Below are positions 10,604 through 20,417 of a stretch of 64,000 nt of DNA, one piece after another; position 1 is the stretch's first letter, and each line of letters begins with the position of its first letter. Both the position numbers and the translations under genes were made by a program. The notes under the pieces were generated by a model that was not told the DNA's origin, made no database searches, and saw only the letters and a program-made list of their open reading frames with translations. The stretch lies in NCBI GenBank assembly GCA_905213155.1, contig CAJMHI010000001.1:11111-75110 (forward strand), in the 5' to 3' direction. This DNA comes from an uncultured Acidaminococcus sp. (GTDB lineage: Bacteria; Bacillota; Negativicutes; Acidaminococcales; Acidaminococcaceae).

Positions 10604-10732
10604 GCCCTACTTTTGCCTTTTTGACCTTTTTACGGTATACTAAAGAAAAGACTCCGCAGCAAATCGGAATACACTCCGGTTTGCTACGGTTTTTTCGTAT
10701 ACAGTAAATTGTGCTATAAGGAGGCAATTGTG

Positions 10733-11236
10733 ATGAAAGTAACTTGGGCAACACTGGAAGACCTGGAGCAAATTTACGGGCTGGAAATCCGCTGTTTTCC
10801 GCCCGGTGTGGCAGAAGAACGACAGGTTATCCGCAAACGGATTGAGACCTGTCCGGATAATTTTGTCCTGGTGTGGGATGAGGGGAAACTAGCAGCCTTT
10901 GTCAATGGTATCGGCTCTTCACTGCGGGACTTGTCGGACGATATGTTTACCGGCGAGTATCTCCACGATCCTGAGGGCGACTGGAAAATGATGTTAAGCG
11001 TAGGAACGGATCCTAAGTATCGAGGCAGAGGACTGGCTGGAAAAGCCATTTTGCGCTTTGTCAGCTGGGCCAAAGAAAAAGGCCGCAAAGGCGTGGTGCT
11101 CACCTGCCGCGAACCCTTGCTGCCCTTTTATGCCCGCTTTGGCTTTAAAAACGAAGGTCTGTCCAAGTCCCGCCACGGGGATGAGGAGTGGTACCAGATG
11201 CGGCTGACGTTTCCGGAGAGTCCCGCAGTACCTTGA
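10733..11236 (+). CDS. GNAT-family N-acetyltransferase
   Basis: PKYRGRGLA acetyl-CoA motif; FYARFGF. Confidence 0.9.
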   Translation: MKVTWATLEDLEQIYGLEIRCFPPGVAEERQVIRKRIETCPDNFVLVWDEGKLAAFVNGIGSSLRDLSDDMFTGEYLHDPEGDWKMMLSVGTDPKYRGRGLAGKAILRFVSWAKEKGRKGVVLTCREPLLPFYARFGFKNEGLSKSRHGDEEWYQMRLTFPESPAVP

Positions 11237-11240
11237 AGTT

Positions 11241-12563
11241 TTATACCTGCTCTTTTTGTGACACCAGTTTTCCCACTTGGTTGATGGCATAGAGTGGCAG
11301 ATTCATCAACCATTGTACCTCTTTGAAGTCTGCCAAAGAGGTACGAATAGAGAGTTTTGGGGCGAATTTTTCATAGTATGTTTTTAGGCTTTTTGCCCGG
11401 AGATTTACTTCGGCTTTTACTTCAATGGGAATAATCCGGTTCCCTATATCTGCCACAAAGTCGATCTCGCAGGAACCTCTGTTGTTCGTATAGTAATAGA
11501 CATCCAAATTTTCAATGGTTTTGAGCTGCTGGCAAACGTATTGTTCTGTAAGGGCTCCTTTGAACTCAACAAAAAGATCATTTCCATCCAGTAAGGTGCG
11601 CTGCTGCAACCCAGTCAGACAGCTTAACAGCCCTACATCCAATACAAAAAGCTTAAATGCTTTTAAATCTTCATAGGCCCGCAAAGGGATCTCAGGCGTG
11701 GTAACCCGTCCCACCTTGTGAATGAGGCCGCAGTCCTGGAGCCACAGCATGGCGATTTCATATTCTTTTGCTCTCGCACCTTCCCGAATCAGGCCATAGA
11801 TGAATTTTTTATTTTCTTTTGCCAGCTGGGAAGGGATGCTGTTCCATAGCATGCGCAGTCGGGGAACGATTTCATTGGGAGCATGTTTAGAAAAATCCTG
11901 CTCATAGGTGGAAAGGATACGTTGTTGAATTTTTCGCACGGCACTAAAGTCTTTGCTATCGGCAAAACATTGTACGGCTTCCGGCATACCGCCGACAAAA
12001 TAATATTGTTTTAATGCCTCAATATAGGTCTGTTTAAACGGTGTAGCCATAGCAAAATCCAATGAATCCAGGACTTTTGCAAACCGTTCTTTACCCGTTG
12101 CCATTAAAAATTCATTAAAGGAAAGGGGGAAAAGCTTTAAAAATTCCACTTTCCCCACGGGAAACGATGTGCCTTGGTGCAAGGCGATTCCCAGTAGAGA
12201 GCCGGCGCAGATTATTTGATACTGGGGCGCTTCCTCATTGAAGTATTTGAGAGAAGTAAGGGCACGGGGGACTTCCTGGACTTCGTCAAAAATTAATAAC
12301 GCATTCTCCGGGTCAATCTTACGCCCCACATAGAGCTCCAGCCCCATAATCAAACGTGCCGGAGTAAGGTCAGCGGAAAAAAGTTCCGCCATTCTGGAGT
12401 TTGAATCAAAGTTGATATACACAGTATCCTTATAGGCTTGTCTGCCGAATTCTTTCATAAGCCAGGTCTTTCCAACCTGACGTGCTCCTTCTATAATGAG
12501 AGGTTTACGATATTTGTTTTGTTTCCATTTTAAAAGTTCCTGGATAGCGACTCTATACATCAT
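11241..12563 (-). CDS. AAA+ ATPase (AAA_14 + DUF4143-type) with C-terminal PD-(D/E)xK-like motif
   Basis: GARQVGKT Walker A, IFDEVQ Walker B, GGMPE, EIDF...PIEVK; RBS GGAGGTG. Confidence 0.88.
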   Translation of the reverse strand: MMYRVAIQELLKWKQNKYRKPLIIEGARQVGKTWLMKEFGRQAYKDTVYINFDSNSRMAELFSADLTPARLIMGLELYVGRKIDPENALLIFDEVQEVPRALTSLKYFNEEAPQYQIICAGSLLGIALHQGTSFPVGKVEFLKLFPLSFNEFLMATGKERFAKVLDSLDFAMATPFKQTYIEALKQYYFVGGMPEAVQCFADSKDFSAVRKIQQRILSTYEQDFSKHAPNEIVPRLRMLWNSIPSQLAKENKKFIYGLIREGARAKEYEIAMLWLQDCGLIHKVGRVTTPEIPLRAYEDLKAFKLFVLDVGLLSCLTGLQQRTLLDGNDLFVEFKGALTEQYVCQQLKTIENLDVYYYTNNRGSCEIDFVADIGNRIIPIEVKAEVNLRAKSLKTYYEKFAPKLSIRTSLADFKEVQWLMNLPLYAINQVGKLVSQKEQV

Positions 12564-12818
12564 TACACCTCCATACGTTTTCTTATTATAAAGAATAGCA
12601 TGTTTTAACAAAAATTACAACGAACTTTCGTTATATCAATACATTTTTTACAATGAAAAATGCGATTTATTTACATTTATATCAAACATGTATGGAGCTG
12701 AGAATCGGTACTATCCATATTCTGTTAACTTTCCTTTACTTTGTCAAAGAAGTACAGTACAATTAACCTTGTTGAATTCCCGTAGTTCCTTATAAAATAT
12801 TTTTTGAGGTGAAGCGGA

Positions 12819-14264
12819 TTGAATTGGTATTTGCTGGTGATTGTCGGGTATGCGGTGCTTTTGATTCTCCTGGGACACATGGTGGGAAAACATGTGAAGA
12901 AGGCGGCGGACTTCTTTGTAGGCAGCCGCACCTTCAGCACAGGTCTTTTGTTTACCACATTGATTGCTGCCAATATCGGGGCGGGGTCCACCGTAGGGGT
13001 AACGGGGCTTGCGTATAAGTCCGGGATATCTAGCTGGTGGTGGATCGGCTGCAGCGGGCTGGGCTCCCTGATTTTGGCGTATATCGTAGGACCGGCAGTG
13101 TGGAAAGTTGCCCAAAAACACAGACTTTATACCATGGGAGATTACTTGGAACTTCGCTATTCCAAGGCTTTCCGGGGTGTTACCAGTACCATGATGGCCA
13201 TAGGGACGCTGGCGCTATTTTCCGGGCAATTGATCGGAATTTCCTGGATTTTAAACGTAGTAGCAGGAGTCCCCAAAGCCTACGGAATTATTATTGCCTC
13301 TGTGGTGGTAACGCTGTATTTTTCCAGCGGCGGTATTAAAAGTGCAGCCATCGTCAATATTATTGAACTTGTGGTGATTCTCCTGGGCTTTTGTGCGGCG
13401 GCGCCCTTTGCCCTGCAATATATCGGGGGATGGGATGGCCTGTTTGCTACCGTGTCCCAGAATATGGGAGATCAGGCAAAGATTGCCAAGTACTTTGCCT
13501 GGGACGGCCTGGGAACGGAAACCATTCTGGGCTATTTCCTCATGCTGACGCCGGCCTTTTGCATTTCTCCGGGGCTTATCGGGAAAGTGTATGCAGCCAA
13601 AGATGAACATGCGGTAAAAGTCGGGACGCTACTTAACGGATTTGTCCAATTGATTTTTGCCTTTTTGCCCATGATTATCGGGATGTGCGCTTTTGCAGCG
13701 TTCCCCCATTTGGAAAATCAGGAATTGGCACTGCCAAAAGCCATGAAAGAGATGATGCCCTTTGGGATCAGTGCCTTTGCTCTCTCGGCGATTTTTGCTG
13801 CGGAAGTCAGCACCAGTGACACGGTGCTGTATATGCTGGCGACGTCCTTGTCACGGGATCTGTACCAGACCTTTTTCCATCCGGATATCAGCGATGAAGC
13901 ACTGCTGAAAGTCAGCAAGAAATTTACGGTAGCCTGCGGGATTTTGGGGATTTTCATTGCCTATTATATGGCGAATATTATTACGGCCCTGGCGATTTTC
14001 TATTCTCTCATGACCGTGTCCCTGGCCGCTCCGTTTTTGTTCGGTCTTTTTACCAAGCGTGCCTCCACAAAAGGCGCATTTTGCTCGGCGGTGCTGGGCG
14101 TTATGGTGGTGCTAGGGCTGCGTATCTTTAACGGGGGAAAAGGCATCGGCATTTTGAATGCCACCAGCCTGGGAATCCTTGTGGCGGCAGTGATTATGGC
14201 CCTGAGTCTTTGGATCTTCCCGGCAGAAACCAGAAAGGATGACGAATCCCATCTTGCGCAATAG
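12819..14264 (+). CDS. Sodium:solute symporter family protein
   Basis: FFVGSR, ANIGAGSTVG, GDYLELRY, AAEVSTSD; many TM helices. Confidence 0.9.
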   Translation: MNWYLLVIVGYAVLLILLGHMVGKHVKKAADFFVGSRTFSTGLLFTTLIAANIGAGSTVGVTGLAYKSGISSWWWIGCSGLGSLILAYIVGPAVWKVAQKHRLYTMGDYLELRYSKAFRGVTSTMMAIGTLALFSGQLIGISWILNVVAGVPKAYGIIIASVVVTLYFSSGGIKSAAIVNIIELVVILLGFCAAAPFALQYIGGWDGLFATVSQNMGDQAKIAKYFAWDGLGTETILGYFLMLTPAFCISPGLIGKVYAAKDEHAVKVGTLLNGFVQLIFAFLPMIIGMCAFAAFPHLENQELALPKAMKEMMPFGISAFALSAIFAAEVSTSDTVLYMLATSLSRDLYQTFFHPDISDEALLKVSKKFTVACGILGIFIAYYMANIITALAIFYSLMTVSLAAPFLFGLFTKRASTKGAFCSAVLGVMVVLGLRIFNGGKGIGILNATSLGILVAAVIMALSLWIFPAETRKDDESHLAQ

Positions 14265-15129
14265 AAAAAGAAATACGTTACTTTGCATCTGTCTGACCTT
14301 GCTTTTGTCCCTGTCCCTGGGCTTCTGTGAGGCGGCAACTTCGGTAAGTCCGTCTAAAAAGCCTGACACTGTAAAAAAAGCAGCGACTACGCAAATAAAA
14401 CGCCCACCTAAGGTGATTGGGATCCAGGGAGAACCGCTACAGCTGCCGCCGCCATATAATTCCGGTAATACGGCAGGACTGCGGAACGATGATAAAATTA
14501 TCAAAGATCCCAATCTGAAACTCCTTGCGGACCGGCTTATGACGACGGCTACCATCTGGGAGATTCCGGAAAACTACCAGCAGGAACCCATTGCGGGTCA
14601 AGGGGAAGTCTCCCGGGAACAAGCCGCTACATTTCTCAAACGGTACAATTCCAAATTGCCTATCAAAGCAACGCCGGAAGAAATGGTGGAATGGTATTAT
14701 GAAGAAGCAGGACGGGAAGGCCTGCGCTGGGATGTGGCGTTCTGTCAGGCGTTAGTAGAAACTGGCTTTTTCCACTTTGGCGGCACGGTAGTCCCGGAAC
14801 AGAATAATTTCTGCGGGCTGGGGACCACCAGTGCAACGGTGCAAGGTGCACGGTTTGCCACGCCCCAGGAAGGGGTACGGGCCCATGTGCAGCATTTACT
14901 GGCTTATACCATGCCACGGGCACCTCATACGCCCATCATCGATCCCCGGTATCAGCTGGTGCACAACCAAAAAGCATTGGATAACAGCTATTTTACCCGC
15001 TGGTCCCAGCTTAATGGAAAATGGGCCATGGGCAGTTACTACGCAGAAAAAATTTTAAATCTTCACGAACAAATGAAAAAAGGAATTGCCATTAGCGGCT
15101 ATCCCTGGAAAGAAGACAAAACAAAATGA
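14239..15129 (+). CDS. Secreted glucosaminidase-domain peptidoglycan hydrolase
   Basis: Signal anchor; AFCQALVETG, QNNFCGLG, EGVRAHVQHL, DPRY, LNGKWA. Confidence 0.8.
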   Translation: MTNPILRNRKRNTLLCICLTLLLSLSLGFCEAATSVSPSKKPDTVKKAATTQIKRPPKVIGIQGEPLQLPPPYNSGNTAGLRNDDKIIKDPNLKLLADRLMTTATIWEIPENYQQEPIAGQGEVSREQAATFLKRYNSKLPIKATPEEMVEWYYEEAGREGLRWDVAFCQALVETGFFHFGGTVVPEQNNFCGLGTTSATVQGARFATPQEGVRAHVQHLLAYTMPRAPHTPIIDPRYQLVHNQKALDNSYFTRWSQLNGKWAMGSYYAEKILNLHEQMKKGIAISGYPWKEDKTK

Positions 15130-15596
15130 TGCATGTGGTATTGGTGGAGCCGGAGATTCCCGGCAACACCGGAAATATTGCCCGGTTGTGTGCGGCTACT
15201 GGTGCTTGTCTGCACCTGGTGCGGCCCTTGGGATTTTCGGTGGACGATAAATACCTGCGGCGGGCAGGGCTGGATTACTGGCATTTGGTGAATGTGCAGT
15301 ATTACGATCATGTGGAAGAAGTGCTGGCCGCCTATCCCCATAGCGCTAAATTCCTTCTTACCACCCATGCCCATCAGTCCTATACCAAGGTGCACTACCC
15401 GGAAGACAGCCTGCTTATCTTTGGAAAAGAAAGCGCAGGCCTGGCCCCGGAATTTCGGAAAAAATATCAAAACGACTGTGTGCGCATTCCCATGGTGCCG
15501 GAAGCCCGCAGCCTCAATCTGGCCAATTCTGTAGCTGTAGTGCTGTATGAAGCCTTGCGGCAGAATGATTTTGACTTGGCGCCAGGATCGATTTAA
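15126..15596 (+). CDS. trmL: tRNA (cytidine/uridine-34-2'-O)-methyltransferase
   Basis: EPEIPGNTGNI, RAGLDYW, FGKESAGL, RSLNL. Confidence 0.95.
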   Translation: MMHVVLVEPEIPGNTGNIARLCAATGACLHLVRPLGFSVDDKYLRRAGLDYWHLVNVQYYDHVEEVLAAYPHSAKFLLTTHAHQSYTKVHYPEDSLLIFGKESAGLAPEFRKKYQNDCVRIPMVPEARSLNLANSVAVVLYEALRQNDFDLAPGSI

Positions 15597-15610
15597 ACGG
15601 AGGGAATGCT

Positions 15611-15973
15611 ATGATTTGCATTAAGGAATTTGAATTTGATGCAGCACACTATCTGCCGAATTACCACGGCAAATGCGAACGGCTCCATGGCCATACCTAT
15701 AAACTGGTGGTAAAAGTAGAAGGAACACCGGATAAGGAAGGCATGGTTTTGGATTTTGTGCAGTTTAAAAAGACGGTAAATGAACTGGTGGTTGACCAGC
15801 TGGATCACCATCTGATCAACGATATCCTGCCACAGCCGTCCGCAGAAAATATTGCGGTCTGGGTATGGCAGCAGCTGAAAAAGCCCCTGACAGGCGAAAA
15901 TTATGCCCTCTATGAGGTGGAAGTCTGGGAGACCAAGACCAGCGGCATTGTATACAGGGGGGAAGCATGTTAA
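15611..15973 (+). CDS. queD: PTPS-family protein (QueD-like, PTPS-I/III motif)
   Basis: FDAAH, CERLHGHTY, GMVLDF, LDH, SAEN, WET. Confidence 0.9.
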   Translation: MICIKEFEFDAAHYLPNYHGKCERLHGHTYKLVVKVEGTPDKEGMVLDFVQFKKTVNELVVDQLDHHLINDILPQPSAENIAVWVWQQLKKPLTGENYALYEVEVWETKTSGIVYRGEAC

Positions 15974-16737
15974 AAGATGTGCAGGCGCAACAGGATGAGC
16001 GGAATATTCCCTTAAAGCACGTAGGCATTGCCCATCTGCGCTGGCCTATTACACTGGCCCAGCGGGACGGCGGCGTGCAGCATACCGTGGCAGAAGTGCG
16101 GATGGCGGTGGATTTACCCAAGGAACAACGAGGTACCCATATGAGCCGTTTTGTGGAATGTTTGCAGCAGGTAGGCCCCATTCGTCCCCACGATTTAGAA
16201 AAAGTGCTGGACGGGTTAAAAGCGCATCTGGAAGCCCAATCGGCTCTTTTAGAATTTACCTGTCCGTATTTTATCACGAAAAAAGCACCGGTATCCGGGA
16301 AAGAAAGCTACCTGGATGTGAACTGCCGCTACCGGGCGGAAAAAGGCAAAACCTTTTCCCTGGAAATGGAAGTGGATGTCCCGGTTCATACCCTATGCCC
16401 CTGCTCCAAGGAAATCAGCCGTTACGGGGCGCATAACCAGCGTGCCTGGGCCAAAATGACCATTCATTCTAAGGGACAACCGGTATGGATTGAGGAACTG
16501 GTGGAGAAAGCAGAAAAAGGCGCTTCTACGCCTCTGTATTCTCTGTTAAAACGGCCGGATGAAAAGTTTGTCACGGAAATGGCCTATGAAAATCCCCGTT
16601 TTGTGGAGGACGCCGCCAGGGAAATTGCTTTGCAACTTAATGCAGATCCCCGGATACAGTGGTACAATGTAACCGTGGAAAGCGAAGAGAGTATTCATAA
16701 CCATAATGCCTTTGCCAGTGTAGAAAAGGAGGGCTAA
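15967..16737 (+). CDS. folE2: GTP cyclohydrolase IB
   Basis: GTHMSRF, LCPCSKEIS, GAHNQR, LKRPDEK, ESIHNH. Confidence 0.95.
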   Translation: MLKDVQAQQDERNIPLKHVGIAHLRWPITLAQRDGGVQHTVAEVRMAVDLPKEQRGTHMSRFVECLQQVGPIRPHDLEKVLDGLKAHLEAQSALLEFTCPYFITKKAPVSGKESYLDVNCRYRAEKGKTFSLEMEVDVPVHTLCPCSKEISRYGAHNQRAWAKMTIHSKGQPVWIEELVEKAEKGASTPLYSLLKRPDEKFVTEMAYENPRFVEDAAREIALQLNADPRIQWYNVTVESEESIHNHNAFASVEKEG

Positions 16738-16738
16738 C

Positions 16739-17929
16739 ATGTATCTTGTGATCCCACCCCAACGGGTGAAACAGCAATTGGAACAGATGGATGTGCATCC
16801 TGTGGGTGTGGATCTCATGGCACCAAAAGCAGAAGTCCTGCCCCTTAAAATCCTGGGGGTAAAGAGTCCTGCGGCTAACATTATCAAACAGGAAATGCTG
16901 TCTTTGGGCGGAGAGTGCGCTACGGCAAAAGGGGCCATTACCTGTTCCATCGACAGCGGCCATATTCTCCTTTTTGGCACGCGGGCGCAGTATGCCCGTC
17001 TGGCAAAAAAATTACAGTCCATGGCGAATTGGTTTGGACTGGGAGACGTGATTGCAGACCTGCAAAACTATTTAAAAGCGCAGCCACTTACAACCGTGTT
17101 GGCAGATGGCCGTGTGCTCACTTATGAAAAGATGCGTGTCATGGGAATTTTGAATGCCACGCCGGATTCCTTTTTCGCCGGCAGCCGGGTGCAAAATGAC
17201 AGTGCCCTGCTTAAAAAAGCGGAAACCATGCTCCAGGATGGAGCGGATATTCTGGATATAGGCGGGGAATCCACCCGTCCTGGCAGCGATCCGGTTTCCC
17301 CGGAAGAAGAAGTGCGCCGCGTGGTGAATGCAGTTCGCCAGATACGGCAGCATTTCCCAAAGAGTGTTATATCTGTGGATACCTATCATGCCCGTACGGC
17401 CGAAGCGGCCCTGACAAGCGGCGCTGATATCATTAACTATATCACAGCGGGGGAAGGGGACCCGAAAATGCTGGCGGTAGCAGCTGCGTTTCATGCACCG
17501 GTAATCTTGATGCATATGCGGGGAACGCCGCAAACTATGACCAATCCTGAAAATCAGGTCTACAAAAACGTAGCAGAAGATGTGACGATCTATCTGTTAG
17601 AGCGGGCCAGGGAATTTATCCAAAAAGGCTTCACAAAGCAGCAACTCATTCTCGATCCGGGGCTTGGCTTTGCCAAAAACAAAGAGCAAAATCTGGCGCT
17701 GTGCCGGGATCTTCCGCTGATGACGGCCCATGGGATGCCCGTCTTGCTGGCCGGATCCCGCAAGGGATTTATCGGCAAAGTCCTGGGCGATCTGCCTGCG
17801 GAAGAACGTTTGGAAGGCACTATGGCCCTTTCTGCGGCGGCCTTTTATGGAGGCGCGCAGCTGGTACGAGTGCACGACGTGAAAGAAAATGTTCGTCTCC
17901 TTCGGATGCTGGAGGCCATCGGAAAATGA
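16739..17929 (+). CDS. folP: Dihydropteroate synthase with N-terminal extension
   Basis: MGILNATPDSF, GGESTRPG, DPGLGFAK, SRK, RVHDV. Confidence 0.95.
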   Translation: MYLVIPPQRVKQQLEQMDVHPVGVDLMAPKAEVLPLKILGVKSPAANIIKQEMLSLGGECATAKGAITCSIDSGHILLFGTRAQYARLAKKLQSMANWFGLGDVIADLQNYLKAQPLTTVLADGRVLTYEKMRVMGILNATPDSFFAGSRVQNDSALLKKAETMLQDGADILDIGGESTRPGSDPVSPEEEVRRVVNAVRQIRQHFPKSVISVDTYHARTAEAALTSGADIINYITAGEGDPKMLAVAAAFHAPVILMHMRGTPQTMTNPENQVYKNVAEDVTIYLLERAREFIQKGFTKQQLILDPGLGFAKNKEQNLALCRDLPLMTAHGMPVLLAGSRKGFIGKVLGDLPAEERLEGTMALSAAAFYGGAQLVRVHDVKENVRLLRMLEAIGK

Positions 17930-18402
17930 CAGTAGGCTATGTAGCTTTAGGGAGCAATCTGGGAGATAAGGAACAAAATCTTCGCCGTGCCCTGCGGCTG
18001 ATGGAAACTGCAGGCATCCGGGTGCAAAAAGTATCCCCGTTTTATACTACGGCACCTTATGGTGTCACCGACCAGCCGGAGTTTTTAAATGCGGCCGCAG
18101 AAGTGATGTGGAATGGGGATGCAGAAGGGCTCTTGCATTTACTGCTGGGGATTGAGCAGCAAATGGGGAGAAAGCGGCTGCGGCACTGGGGCGAGCGCAA
18201 TATTGATTTGGATCTCTTATTCCTGGGGGATCAGGTACTTAAAACAAAGGATTTGGTGCTGCCGCATCCGGATTTGGAAAACCGTAGCTTCGTCCTGCAG
18301 CCGTTAAATGATATTGCCCCACTTTTTGTGCATCCGGTGCTACATCGGACCATCGGGGCGCTGTGGCTGGCGCTCCAGCAAAAAAATAAAACAGAGGAAT
18401 GA
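17926..18402 (+). CDS. folK: Hydroxymethyldihydropterin pyrophosphokinase
   Basis: ALGSNLG, FLNAA, WGERNIDLDLL, LPHP; ATG overlaps folP stop. Confidence 0.95.
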   Translation: MTVGYVALGSNLGDKEQNLRRALRLMETAGIRVQKVSPFYTTAPYGVTDQPEFLNAAAEVMWNGDAEGLLHLLLGIEQQMGRKRLRHWGERNIDLDLLFLGDQVLKTKDLVLPHPDLENRSFVLQPLNDIAPLFVHPVLHRTIGALWLALQQKNKTEE

Positions 18403-18409
18403 CCGGAAA

Positions 18410-19138
18410 ATGCTGAAAGAGCGAATCAAAACCGGGCTTGGGCTGACGCTGCTCTATGCCCTTGTATTTTGCTTGTCCCGTTTCCATGAAGTGGTGCCCC
18501 ACATGAGTGGCTTGCGCCTCACAGGTATATTGACTATGCCCTACGGGCTTTTATTTGGACGTACAGGGGCTTTGTCCGCAGCTTTTGGGGCAGCGCTCGG
18601 CATGTTTGTCCTTAAGGGGAATCCACAACTCATTCCCGTGGAGTGTTTGGCGGCCTTGCTGTCCTGTTATCTGCCGTTTCGCATTTGGCAGGGGATGAAA
18701 AGCAACCGGGAGCCCCATCTGTATGTGGAAGATGTGCGGACGGGCACTATGTTTTTGATTTTGGGCCTTGTGGGGGCGATTCCGCTAGCCGTACTGCCCG
18801 CTGTGGGAGGAGACTTGTACCATATTGTCCCCTTTTCTGCCTCCTACTTGCCGATGTTATTGGGAGCGCTTATTTGTACCATTTTAGGCGGCTTGTTGCT
18901 TTATAACAAAGTTGCTGTGTTTATGCTGGAAGGGCCGGGCGAGGCACTCTACAATAAAATTCAGGATACCAAGACTACCACCCGCAGAATGGCTGTGGCC
19001 ATGCTCCAGATTACCCTCATGGGTGGCATGGTGGGGAGCGGACTGGCGCTTCTTTTTCCCCATGAATTTGATTTGACGGTAGTAGAATATGTGATGGGCG
19101 TATATTCCATTATCCTTGTTATTATGACGGCAATATAA
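18410..19138 (+). CDS. Integral membrane protein, weakly ECF S-component/QueT-like N-terminus
   Basis: About 7 hydrophobic segments; PYGLLFG..GA.SAA.G pattern. Confidence 0.55.
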   Translation: MLKERIKTGLGLTLLYALVFCLSRFHEVVPHMSGLRLTGILTMPYGLLFGRTGALSAAFGAALGMFVLKGNPQLIPVECLAALLSCYLPFRIWQGMKSNREPHLYVEDVRTGTMFLILGLVGAIPLAVLPAVGGDLYHIVPFSASYLPMLLGALICTILGGLLLYNKVAVFMLEGPGEALYNKIQDTKTTTRRMAVAMLQITLMGGMVGSGLALLFPHEFDLTVVEYVMGVYSIILVIMTAI

Positions 19139-19149
19139 GGCGGTGTTCC

Positions 19150-20367
19150 ATGTATGAACTGACGCTGGTCATCCAGGTGATGTTGTTTAGTACCTTTGCC
19201 TGGGCAGCTTGTACCATCTTGCGCGGCATGAGACGAGGCAGGATAGAAAAAAGTGCAACGGGAGATCCGAGCCGGTTTGCTATTATTGTTTGTGCCCACA
19301 ACGAGGCGCAGGTAGTGGGAAAGCTGCTGCAAAGCCTGGAGAACCAGCGCTATGACCGGAACCTGTTCCATGTGTTTTTAGTAGCGGACCATTGTGGGGA
19401 CCAAACGGCAGCAATAGGGGAGCGGTTTTCCAAGGTTACCGTATGGCGCAGGAATGAGGGCCCACGCACAGGCAAAGGGGCTGTTTTGCGCTGGGGGATT
19501 TCCCGCCTTGTAGCCCAGTACGGGAACCGTTTTTCCCATTTGATCATTTTTGATGCGGATAATGTTGCAAGCCCCGACTTTTTGACATGGATGGATAAAA
19601 GCTTCCGCCAAGGGGAAACTTTGGTAATGGGCAATCGCCGGCCCCTCAATCCCTATGATACGCTGCTTACACGCTGGTACAGTCTGTACTGGATTTGCGT
19701 GGATGTGTTCTTATGCCAGCCCAATGCAAACCTGGGACGGCCTGCAATTATTTCCGGCACAGGGTTTGGCTTTTCCTTAGACCTTTTGGATCATGGGCAG
19801 TGGCCCACCCAGACTATGGTGGAAGACATGGAATTTTCCATGCAGCAGAATTTCAAAGGGATTTTTGCTACCTATCAGGAAAAAGCCCTGTTTTATGATG
19901 AACAGCCGGAGAATCTTTCCACCCTTGTCCGGCAGTTCCGGCGTTGGTTCACAGGGCATTTCCAAATTGCCCGCATTTATTGGAAACCGTGGATTCGTCA
20001 TTTCCTCCATACGCCTGATGCCCGGCTGATTGATAATTTTGTACCCACCCTTTTATGTGTTACCTTTGGATTTTACCTGCTCATCAGTGTCGGCTGGGTA
20101 TTGTATAATGCCATAAGTGGACAGGCGCTTTTTCATTTGAAGGATATCCTGTGGTGGGGCATGCTGTATCTCTTGAGCCTGGGCATTGCCTCCTGGGCTA
20201 CGCAGCTGGGACATCTATCGTTTAAAAAGATGTGGCCGGGCATTGCCACCGGAGGATTGTATTGCATTTTATTATCCCTTATTGCGGTCTATTCCCTCTT
20301 TTTCCCGCAGCGGCAATGGGTGCCCATTGCCCATACCTACAATGGCCTGCCGGACAATTTGAAATGA
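19150..20367 (+). CDS. Membrane GT2 glycosyltransferase (processive-type motifs)
   Basis: AHNE, DAD, VEDME, QFRRW; N- and C-terminal TM helices. Confidence 0.9.
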   Translation: MYELTLVIQVMLFSTFAWAACTILRGMRRGRIEKSATGDPSRFAIIVCAHNEAQVVGKLLQSLENQRYDRNLFHVFLVADHCGDQTAAIGERFSKVTVWRRNEGPRTGKGAVLRWGISRLVAQYGNRFSHLIIFDADNVASPDFLTWMDKSFRQGETLVMGNRRPLNPYDTLLTRWYSLYWICVDVFLCQPNANLGRPAIISGTGFGFSLDLLDHGQWPTQTMVEDMEFSMQQNFKGIFATYQEKALFYDEQPENLSTLVRQFRRWFTGHFQIARIYWKPWIRHFLHTPDARLIDNFVPTLLCVTFGFYLLISVGWVLYNAISGQALFHLKDILWWGMLYLLSLGIASWATQLGHLSFKKMWPGIATGGLYCILLSLIAVYSLFFPQRQWVPIAHTYNGLPDNLK

Positions 20368-20417
20368 CAGGCCCAATTTTGCTATAATAAGAGCAAAAAA
20401 GAAGGGAGCGTGGGAAC

